This document shows, in pieces, positions 53,047 to 61,296 of a stretch of DNA of 64,000 nt. The position numbers and the translations under genes were made by a program. Numbering within the stretch: position 1 is the stretch's first letter; every line of letters starts with the position of its first letter. The DNA comes from Sedimentisphaerales bacterium (lineage in GTDB: Bacteria > Planctomycetota > Phycisphaerae > Sedimentisphaerales > Anaerobacaceae): NCBI GenBank assembly GCA_030628155.1, contig DAOVRL010000001.1:2351-66350 (forward strand). The letters are read 5' to 3'. The notes under the pieces were generated by a model. That model saw only the letters and a list, made by a program, of their open reading frames with translations, was not told where the DNA came from and did no database searches.

Positions 53047-54168
53047 TTAGTCTGCGGTGTCGGGCAACGTGACGTTCTTGCCGCCGGGGCCGGGCTCGAA
53101 GATATGCACTTTTTCCGGGTCGATCCGTATTTTCGCGCCGTCGCCGGGCTTGACGTCAATGTGTGGATCGATACTGACGATGAATCTGTCCCCGGCGCCG
53201 GTCCTTAGGTGAACGTCCGTTCTGTTTCCCAACGGCTCAACTACGCTGACGACCGCTGAAATTGAGCCGCCAGACTGCTTCGAGGGCAGACTGAGTGAAA
53301 GGTTCTCCGGTCTTATTCCCAGGACCATTTCTCTGTTACGATAAGCCGCCGTCAGCGTTTTCAAGCGCCGGCCGAGCGTGATGGTGTCATTGCCGATCAC
53401 AAAGGAAACTGCATCGTTTTGAAAGTCCAGGCGGCCGGTAAAAAAGTTCATAGCCGGTGTGCCGAGAAAACCGGCTACAAATCTGTTGATTGGCCGTTCA
53501 TATACGCCCAGAGGTTCGCCTGTCTGCTGAGCTGCGCCGTCAACCATAACGCAGATTTGGTCTCCCAGGGTCATAGCTTCGGCCTGGTCGTGCGTAACAT
53601 AAATGCACGCGGTTTGGAGCCTGTGGTGCAGGGCCTTGATCTCGGCCCGCGTGCTTATGCGCAGCGCGGCATCGAGATTGCTCAAAGGCTCGTCGAAGAG
53701 AAATACTTTTGGGCTGCGTACAATCGCCCTGCCGAGCGCGACGCGCTGTCGCTGGCCGCCGGAAAGCGCCTGCGGTTTTCGCGCCAGGAGCTGCTCGATG
53801 GCGAGCAGGCCGGCGACCCGCCCGATGCGTTTGTTTATCTCCGCCGCCGACAGCCTTCTCATTGTGAGCGCAAATGCCAGATTCTGATAGACGGTCATAT
53901 GCGGGTACAGGGCGTAGTTCTGGAAGACCATAGCCACATCTCGCCGTCTCGCGGGCAGATCGTTGACCAGTGTATCCCCGATGTATATGTTTCCGGCGGT
54001 AGGTCTTTCCAGGCCTGCGATTACTCTTAGAGTTGTGGTTTTGCCGCAGCCGCTTGGGCCGACAATGACCATAAACTCGTGGTCGGCAACATCCAGGCTC
54101 AAACGTGAGACCGCAGTTACGCCGCCGTCAAAAACTTTGGTAACATCTTCCAACAAAACGCGAGCCAC
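53047..54168 (-). CDS. ABC transporter ATP-binding protein, MalK/UgpC/MsmX type with a C-terminal TOBE-like domain
   Basis: Walker A GPSGCGKTT, Q-loop, signature LSGGQRQRVALGRA, Walker B FLFDEPLSNLD, and a regulatory C-terminal beta-domain. GTG start 21 nt downstream of the P1 stop. Confidence 0.9.
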   Translation of the reverse strand: MARVLLEDVTKVFDGGVTAVSRLSLDVADHEFMVIVGPSGCGKTTTLRVIAGLERPTAGNIYIGDTLVNDLPARRRDVAMVFQNYALYPHMTVYQNLAFALTMRRLSAAEINKRIGRVAGLLAIEQLLARKPQALSGGQRQRVALGRAIVRSPKVFLFDEPLSNLDAALRISTRAEIKALHHRLQTACIYVTHDQAEAMTLGDQICVMVDGAAQQTGEPLGVYERPINRFVAGFLGTPAMNFFTGRLDFQNDAVSFVIGNDTITLGRRLKTLTAAYRNREMVLGIRPENLSLSLPSKQSGGSISAVVSVVEPLGNRTDVHLRTGAGDRFIVSIDPHIDVKPGDGAKIRIDPEKVHIFEPGPGGKNVTLPDTAD

Positions 54169-54189
54169 GATTGCTATCCCAAAGAAAGA

Positions 54190-55971
54190 TCAGAAAATAT
54201 TTCGTCTCATTCGGCATTTCGCGCGCCAGGCAAAAAGCAGGCCCAGGAACATATAGCCGAGCATACAAACCAACATCCAAAGCATTGATTCCCAAAAAGG
54301 CAAAGAACCGGGTCCAATCCAATAATAAGTACCTAATCGTCCCCTTTTGGTGGTAGCATCCATTATAGAGACGGCGTGGACGAAGGGATTGACATCCATA
54401 AACACTTGAAAGAAATCATGCCAGTCGCGGGTTATCGCCGCAACCAGAGCTATCAGCAGAGGCAGTAATGCCCAGACAGTCGCCGCCAGGGCAAAATTCA
54501 TTATTACCGCCGTCGTGGTGCGCTTGAAGCGGCTGCTAAAATATAGCCCCGTGCCCGAAAGAAACACCACTATCCACGCGACCAGAATACCCATCTGAAC
54601 CGACGCAATCGGATGAATAATACCGGCGAGGGTAAAGACAATGATATGGCCAAACAGAAGACACCAAATGGGCAGACAACGGCGCAAAATGCCTGCGAAC
54701 TTGCCGAATAGTATCTGCCAATCGCTCAAGGTGGTCGTCAGCAGCAAATGCCAGGAGCGTGCCTCCTTTTCCGAAGTGATGCACGTGGCGGGAAGGATAA
54801 CCGTAAAGAGCATTCCAAGGGCGATAAAAATGACGACGTAGACGATGTGGGTTTCATCGTCGTTCAACATACGCTCGTCGGCACATAAGGCGTAGGTTAC
54901 GAGCAGGATAATCAGGCCGACGGCAATAGTAATCAGAACGGCGATTTTGCGTCGTCCTAACACGGAGGACCTTAGCTCTTTCCAGAGAACAGGAGGTCCT
55001 TTAACTCGCCTGGGCGCAGGGGCAAAATCCCGGCGCTCGGATGAGGAGGGGAGGGCTTCTTTATCAGTGCGGCGTTTCCGGGCCGATACGCCCAACTGCC
55101 CGGTCGCCTGACGCAGCGCAACCCTGCGGACCAAAAGCACCGAAAGAAACAGCAGCAAGCCCGATGCGCCCAACATCACACCACAGTGAACAGGCCAGTA
55201 GAACGCGAATCTGCCCATCATCGCACGTGGCTCCATCATCAGCATCGTGTTAAAGAAAAAAGTAAAATACGGATTCGGAAAAGTCAAAATGCTAAAGAAA
55301 GTACCCTGAGACATCACCCGATGCAACATGTAGGCGGCCAGGAACGGCAGCAAGAGGAAAATCGCCCCGAGCGTCAATGTAGTCAAAATAATGACAACGT
55401 AGGCCCTTCGGCTAAATATGGAAAAGAACAAGCTGAGCAGCCCGACAAAGACTACGGCAGTAACAGTTATACAGAGACTCGATATGACGTAAATCCAAGG
55501 CACACCGCCGAAGACTCGAACGATGGCCAGGAGCGGCAGGCTTATAGCCAGCAGGAGCAGCAATTGCAGCAGCTTGCTGAAGAGTTTTCCTGTGACGATC
55601 TGAAAGCTGTTGATCGGCGTGGTCATCAGCAGGCCGAGCGTGCGGTTGTAAATCTCATCACTGATTGAAGTGCTGAGCATTATCACGCCGACAATCTGGA
55701 TGGCAATGAACTGAAACCACACGATATATGCGGTTATCCCTTTTCCGGCCTCGGCCATTCGAGAGATTTGATATAGTCCGGTGCCTCCACGTGGTACATA
55801 CACGAGCCACGTCAGTACCAGAAAGATGGTCAACAGGGCCAGGTAGGTAAATCGAAGGACGTAGTTTCTGCGCCGCCGGCTGGAGACGCGAAGCTCCTTC
55901 TCGAAGATGGGCCCCGTCAGCCAGGAAAGGCTCAAGAATCGCCGGGCGAAATTTAACAAAGCGGTAGTCAT
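54190..55971 (-). CDS. internally duplicated ABC-2 (NosY/GldF-like) permease, paralog P1
   Basis: 593 aa. Both halves carry the amphipathic P(I/V)(F/L).KELR start and the E..E...(T/W)...L(L/M).T(T/P) ... GK motif. Confidence 0.8.
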   Translation of the reverse strand: MTTALLNFARRFLSLSWLTGPIFEKELRVSSRRRRNYVLRFTYLALLTIFLVLTWLVYVPRGGTGLYQISRMAEAGKGITAYIVWFQFIAIQIVGVIMLSTSISDEIYNRTLGLLMTTPINSFQIVTGKLFSKLLQLLLLLAISLPLLAIVRVFGGVPWIYVISSLCITVTAVVFVGLLSLFFSIFSRRAYVVIILTTLTLGAIFLLLPFLAAYMLHRVMSQGTFFSILTFPNPYFTFFFNTMLMMEPRAMMGRFAFYWPVHCGVMLGASGLLLFLSVLLVRRVALRQATGQLGVSARKRRTDKEALPSSSERRDFAPAPRRVKGPPVLWKELRSSVLGRRKIAVLITIAVGLIILLVTYALCADERMLNDDETHIVYVVIFIALGMLFTVILPATCITSEKEARSWHLLLTTTLSDWQILFGKFAGILRRCLPIWCLLFGHIIVFTLAGIIHPIASVQMGILVAWIVVFLSGTGLYFSSRFKRTTTAVIMNFALAATVWALLPLLIALVAAITRDWHDFFQVFMDVNPFVHAVSIMDATTKRGRLGTYYWIGPGSLPFWESMLWMLVCMLGYMFLGLLFAWRAKCRMRRNIF

Positions 55972-56103
55972 AAAGGATGCCTCGGTCCGATTATTCGAGG
56001 AGATTATAAGACGAATCCCATCAAATAATATATGCCCAGCTTCAATTTGCGGGCCTTGTGATATTTTTTCACCATTTTGCGCAAGATTTCAGTTGCACGC
56101 AAA

Positions 56104-57897
56104 CTAAAAGACATTGCGCCTAAATCGGCATTTCGCGCGCCAGGCGAAAAGCAGGCCAAGGAACATATAGCCGAGCATACAAAAGAGCATCCAAATCGTT
56201 GCCTCCGAGACATCCCTGGCGCCGACTTCAAGCCAATCGTAGCGTCTCAATCCCCCATTGCGTGCGGTGGCAGCAATAATGACGACGGCGTGGACAAACG
56301 GATTCGTGTCCCAATAAAGCTCGCAGAACGCATGGAAATCGCGAAAATCGCGGACGATTGTCCCAATCAGAGTAATTACGAAGGGCAGTAGTGCCCAGAT
56401 CAGCGCGGCCACGCCGAAGTTCATCATAACGGCTGTCGTAGTACGCTTGAAGCGAACGCTGAAATAAAGACCGGTGCCCGAAAGAAACACCACTATCCAG
56501 GCGACCAGGATGCCCATCTGAATGGTGGCCAGCGGGTGAATAACACCTGCGAGGGTGAACAGCATGATATGGCCGAACAGAAGGGCCCAAACAGGCAGAC
56601 AACGACGCAAAACGCCTGCAAACTTCCCAAAGAGGATCTGCCGGTCGCTCAAAGTGGTCGCCAGCAGCAATGGCCAGGAACGCGATTCCTTCTCCGAAGT
56701 GATGCACGTGGCCGGAAGAATAATAGTAAACAAGATTCCCAGCGCCAAAAAGATCACAGTGTACAAGATGTGTACCCATTCGTCATCCAGCGCATTTTCG
56801 TCGGCACAAAAGCCATAGGTTACGAACAGAAAGATCAGTCCGATGGCAATGGTGATCAGAACGGCAATTTTGCGCCGTCCGAAGACGGGCGATCTCAACT
56901 CTTTCCAGAGAACAGCAGGCCCTTTAACCCGTCTGGGCGGAGGCGCAAAATCCCGGTGCTCGGATGCGGTGGAGACGGCCTTGGTGTTGGAGCGCCGTCG
57001 CCGTCCGCGCGAGGATGTGCCCAACTCTCCGATGGCCTGGCGCAGCGCCACCCTGCGCACCATAAGGACGGAAAGAAGCAGCAGCAAGGCCGAGGCGACC
57101 AGCATGATAACGCAGTGCACAGCCCAGGACAAAGCAGGCCAACCGCCCATACGAGGCGACATCATCCTGTCGGTATCGAAGGCCAGCAGAACATAGGGAT
57201 TAGCATACGAAACAGCTGAGAAGAATTGGCTTTCGGAGACAACAGAATGAAGGAACATAGCGGCAAGAATGGGCAGGAGGGCAAAGAGTGTGCCGAGGGT
57301 AAGGATAGTCAAGATAATAACTACGTATGCCCTTCGGTTGAATATGGAGAAAAACATGCTCACTGAGCCGACAAAAAGGACCGTGGTAAGGGTTACACAA
57401 AGGCCGGAGACGATGTAACCCCACGGCACACCGCCGAAGACACGAACGATGGCCAATATCGGCAGACTTATCGCCAGCAGTAGAATCAACTGCAGCAGCT
57501 TGCTGAAGAGCTTGCCTATAACAATCTGAAAGCTGTTGATCGGCGTGGTCATCAGCAGGCCGAGCGTGCAGCTATAAATCTCATCGCTGATGGACGTGCT
57601 GAGCATTATCCCGGCGACAAACTGGATGGCAATGAACTGGAACCAAATGATATATGCGATTATGCCTTTGCCGGCCTCGGCCATTCGAGAGATTTGATAT
57701 AGTCCGGTCCCGCCACGTGGTACATACGCCAGCCACGTCAGTACCAGAAAGATGGTCAACAGGGCAAGGTAGGTAAATCGAAGGACGTAGTTTCTTCGCC
57801 GCCGGCTCGAGACGCGAAGCTCCTTCTCGAAGATCGGACCCGTCAGCCAGGAAAGGCTCAAGAGCTTAAGCACGAAGTTGTAGAGACTGACGACCAT
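56104..57897 (-). CDS. internally duplicated ABC-2 permease, paralog P2
   Basis: 597 aa, collinear with P1 and identical at roughly three quarters of positions by eye. Confidence 0.8.
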   Translation of the reverse strand: MVVSLYNFVLKLLSLSWLTGPIFEKELRVSSRRRRNYVLRFTYLALLTIFLVLTWLAYVPRGGTGLYQISRMAEAGKGIIAYIIWFQFIAIQFVAGIMLSTSISDEIYSCTLGLLMTTPINSFQIVIGKLFSKLLQLILLLAISLPILAIVRVFGGVPWGYIVSGLCVTLTTVLFVGSVSMFFSIFNRRAYVVIILTILTLGTLFALLPILAAMFLHSVVSESQFFSAVSYANPYVLLAFDTDRMMSPRMGGWPALSWAVHCVIMLVASALLLLLSVLMVRRVALRQAIGELGTSSRGRRRRSNTKAVSTASEHRDFAPPPRRVKGPAVLWKELRSPVFGRRKIAVLITIAIGLIFLFVTYGFCADENALDDEWVHILYTVIFLALGILFTIILPATCITSEKESRSWPLLLATTLSDRQILFGKFAGVLRRCLPVWALLFGHIMLFTLAGVIHPLATIQMGILVAWIVVFLSGTGLYFSVRFKRTTTAVMMNFGVAALIWALLPFVITLIGTIVRDFRDFHAFCELYWDTNPFVHAVVIIAATARNGGLRRYDWLEVGARDVSEATIWMLFCMLGYMFLGLLFAWRAKCRFRRNVF

Positions 57898-57915
57898 ATT
57901 TATCCGACATAATAA

Positions 57916-59592
57916 TCAAAAAATACTGCGCCTCAAGCGGCATCTCGCACGCTGCGCGGCCAGGAGACCGACGCCAAGGCAAACACACGTGGGAATCAGC
58001 GTGACAGCTATCGGGATCAGCCACGTCAAAACCGCACCGCGGCCTGCCTGACGGTAGAACGGTGCAAGGAAGATGCTATACAACAGAGTGGTAAATACCC
58101 TGCGGCCAAACAACTCAACACCAATGTATATGCCTACAGTCGAAGCCACCGCAGCATTAGTGCTCTTCAAACGAACGCCGAAATACAAACCAAGACCAAT
58201 CACAAAAACGACGGTCCCTGCCAGACCGATCACATAAATGATTATGTAAAGCACTGGAAAGAAAGCCATACCTGCAAATAGCATGATGCCAAGATAAAGC
58301 ACAACCTGCAATAGAATCAGCAGCAGTAGTAACGGCACGTTTCTGCGGAATGCCGCGATGGCTTTGCCTCGCACTATTTCCGTATCGTCCAACGGCGTTG
58401 CCAGCAGTATCGGCCAGGTCCCGGCCTCCTTCTCGGCCGTGATACTCGCCGCCGAGAGGACCGCCAGACGAACAAAAACAATCAACGAAAAGCCCATCAT
58501 AAGGTAGTAGTACAGACTGCTGCCGACGGGGCCTCGGCCCCTTCTAAAACCAAATAAGGCAAATACCGAAGGAACAAAACCCAGTAAAACCACACCTGTC
58601 AGCACGGCGTACAAAATGAAGCTCGCCTTTCTGCGCCCGAAGAAGGGTTTGCGCATTTCTTTCCAGACAATAGGCGCCCCCTCGACGCGCTTTATGGGGA
58701 AGTAGGTATCCGGTTTTGCGGTCCCGCTGAAGGCGCGGCTCAGAGCGATCTTGCGGAAGCGCCAGACCGCCAGAGACACCACACCGACCGTTGCCGAGAG
58801 CATAATCGCACAGTGCACAGGCCACGATGAAATGACTCCCGCAGTCTTACCGAGCGAAAGCACCGCATGCAGCGCCCCGAATGGATTGAGCACGTACAGT
58901 ATTACCTCGGCAAACGTGCTGCCGAATAGGCCCCACGCCGAAAGCAGACCGATCAAACCGGAACAAGCACCGAACACAAGCAGGTATCCGGTCATGATTG
59001 TCAGGACAACGGTGTATGCGTGGCGGGCAGTCATCGACAAGAGCAGGCTGAGCGCACCTGCAAAAACCGCAGCAGTCAAGGTTATACACAGCCCGGAGAC
59101 AACGTGACCCCAGGGCACGCCTCCAAAGACGCGGATAATCGCCAGCAGCGGCAAGCTGATCGCCAGCAGTAACGTCACCTGCAGCAGCCCGCTCAATAGC
59201 TTGCCCATCACAATTTGCAGACTATTGATGGGCGTGGTCATCAGCACGCTGAGTGTACGCTGACGGATTTCGCCGCCGATGGAGGTACTGAGCAGAACGA
59301 TTGCCATCAACTGAGCGGCGACAAACTGAAACCAGATTATCGCCGTGATGACACGCCTGCCCGCCTCGCCCATCCGCGACGCCCGAAATGACGCCGAGCC
59401 CGGACCGCCCAATCTAACCGTAATAAGCCATACGTACAAGATGAACAGGCACAGCAACGCGATGTACGCCGAACGCAGGGCGTAGCTCCTGCGCCGCCGG
59501 CTGGCAACACGCAGCTCTTTGTCGAATATCGGCCCCGTCAGCCACCAAAGGCCCCCAAGCACCGAAACGCCGTCTGCTAAAGCAGTATTCAT
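57916..59592 (-). CDS. internally duplicated ABC-2 permease, paralog P3
   Basis: The track ORF starts at GTG 59607. ATG 59592 gives MNTALADG, parallel to the P5 start MNTALTSF. Confidence 0.8.
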   Translation of the reverse strand: MNTALADGVSVLGGLWWLTGPIFDKELRVASRRRRSYALRSAYIALLCLFILYVWLITVRLGGPGSASFRASRMGEAGRRVITAIIWFQFVAAQLMAIVLLSTSIGGEIRQRTLSVLMTTPINSLQIVMGKLLSGLLQVTLLLAISLPLLAIIRVFGGVPWGHVVSGLCITLTAAVFAGALSLLLSMTARHAYTVVLTIMTGYLLVFGACSGLIGLLSAWGLFGSTFAEVILYVLNPFGALHAVLSLGKTAGVISSWPVHCAIMLSATVGVVSLAVWRFRKIALSRAFSGTAKPDTYFPIKRVEGAPIVWKEMRKPFFGRRKASFILYAVLTGVVLLGFVPSVFALFGFRRGRGPVGSSLYYYLMMGFSLIVFVRLAVLSAASITAEKEAGTWPILLATPLDDTEIVRGKAIAAFRRNVPLLLLLILLQVVLYLGIMLFAGMAFFPVLYIIIYVIGLAGTVVFVIGLGLYFGVRLKSTNAAVASTVGIYIGVELFGRRVFTTLLYSIFLAPFYRQAGRGAVLTWLIPIAVTLIPTCVCLGVGLLAAQRARCRLRRSIF

Positions 59593-59610
59593 AATCAGGT
59601 TATGCACATA

Positions 59611-61281
59611 TCAAAAGATATTACGCCGAACGCGGCACTTAGCGCGCCAGGCAAACAACAGGCCCACTCCCGTTTGAACGCAGACGGGAATAAGGAAGGC
59701 AAGCAGGCCTGCGCCGGGCCCGGGACCTCCGAGCACGAAAAACACGCCTGAGAAAGAACGCAGCGCGCCACAGCAAAGAAATGGAAATCCCATACAGACA
59801 CCGAGCGTCACGGCCACCGCCGCACTGGTCCTTTTCATGCGAGCGCTGCAGTACAGACCAAGGCCACTGACGAAGATGGCCGAACCCGCCAGCGTGGCCA
59901 GGTAACCGATTACATAGAAGTCCGGAAGCTCTGGTCCTGATTCGCTGAATGCGGTGGTCAAATAGAAAGCGAGCAGCAATAGAATAATGAAGAACAGCAT
60001 CGGCAGGTTTCTGCGGAATGCCGCGATACCTTTGCCTCGCACTATCTCCCAATCGTCTAACGGCGTTGCCAGGAGTATGGGCCAGGTCCGCGACTCCTTT
60101 TCACGAGTGATGCTCGCTGCCGAGAGGACCGCCATACGTACTATTAGGAGCACCATCAGTATGTTCGCAAGCATCAACGTCAAGACGGTGCCGAATCCAA
60201 GATCAAATGCACACGAGACAATCGCGGCCACAACTATGACGCCCAGCGCGATGTAAGCGACAATGTTTGCCGTGTTGTCTTGAAAGAAGGGCTTGCGCAT
60301 CTCTTTCCAGACAACGGGTGATCCCTCGAGGCGTTTTATTTGGCCGTCTTGGCGAGTGGGCGCCTTACTTTTTTTCCGAGCGGACCGTTTCTCGGCGCCG
60401 CCAAAGGCCGCCGTCAACGCGATCCCGCGCACACGCCCGATGGCCAGGCACAGCACGCCGACGCTCGCAGAGAGCATAATCGCACAGTGCAGCGGCCAGG
60501 AAGAGAAAACTCCCACGTTTCTCGGAATCGAGAGCATTACGTAACTGCGGATAAGCATAGCCCCCAAGGGATTGACCAGGAAGTCTATCGCCTGGGCAAA
60601 CCTGCTGCTAAATACACCTTGTCTCGACAGCAATCCGACCAGGCCCGGAACAACAGCGAAGGCCATCACATATCCAATCACGATTACCAGAACAACATTG
60701 TAAGCATGGCGGAAAGTCATCGACAAAAGCAGGCTAAGTGAGCCTAAAAAAACGGCGGCGGTCAACGTTATACACAGGCTCGAAACAACATAATCCCACG
60801 GTACGCCTCCAAAGACGCGGATAATCGCCAGCAGGGGCAGGCTGATTCCCAATAGCAGGGTCGTCTGGAGCAGCTTGCTCAGGAGCTTGCCCATAACGAT
60901 TTGCAGGCTGTTGATGGGCGTGGTCATCAGCACACCGAGTGTGCGCTGCCGAATTTCCTCGCCGATGGATGTGCTGAGCATAACAACTGCTATCAACTGA
61001 GCGGCGACAAACTGAAACCATATTATCGTGGTGATGACATGCTTACCGACTTCGGGCATGCGCGAGGCCTGAAAAGCAGGCGAACCGGAACCGGGAAATG
61101 CGACGCTAATAAGCCACACGTATATAATGAAGAGACCCAGCAGTACGATGTACGCGGAACGCAAGGCGTAGTTTCGGCGTCTGCGGCTGGAGACTCGCAG
61201 CTCTTTTTCGAAGATTGGTCCGGTCAGCCAGGAGAGGCCCGGAAGCAATGAAAGAACATTTGTCAAAGCACCACTCATCAT
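59611..61281 (-). CDS. internally duplicated ABC-2 permease, paralog P4
   Basis: The track ORF starts at TTG 61293, with ATGs at 61281 and 61278. Closest to P3. Confidence 0.8.
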   Translation of the reverse strand: MMSGALTNVLSLLPGLSWLTGPIFEKELRVSSRRRRNYALRSAYIVLLGLFIIYVWLISVAFPGSGSPAFQASRMPEVGKHVITTIIWFQFVAAQLIAVVMLSTSIGEEIRQRTLGVLMTTPINSLQIVMGKLLSKLLQTTLLLGISLPLLAIIRVFGGVPWDYVVSSLCITLTAAVFLGSLSLLLSMTFRHAYNVVLVIVIGYVMAFAVVPGLVGLLSRQGVFSSRFAQAIDFLVNPLGAMLIRSYVMLSIPRNVGVFSSWPLHCAIMLSASVGVLCLAIGRVRGIALTAAFGGAEKRSARKKSKAPTRQDGQIKRLEGSPVVWKEMRKPFFQDNTANIVAYIALGVIVVAAIVSCAFDLGFGTVLTLMLANILMVLLIVRMAVLSAASITREKESRTWPILLATPLDDWEIVRGKGIAAFRRNLPMLFFIILLLLAFYLTTAFSESGPELPDFYVIGYLATLAGSAIFVSGLGLYCSARMKRTSAAVAVTLGVCMGFPFLCCGALRSFSGVFFVLGGPGPGAGLLAFLIPVCVQTGVGLLFAWRAKCRVRRNIF

Positions 61282-61296
61282 CAGTTCAAGCAAACA

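Noticed and set aside
53047-54168. The MalK-type ATPase as firm evidence that the permease array is a sugar importer.
   Set aside because: No MalF/G-type permease or solute-binding protein is present, and ABC-2 permeases are normally exporters. The adjacency may be operonic but the partnership is unproven, so it is kept only as a hypothesis within the main finding.
56004-56231. A 75-aa ORF across the P1-P2 gap.
   Set aside because: It overlaps the 3' end of P2 out of frame and has no motifs. The gap is better explained as an intergenic or promoter region.
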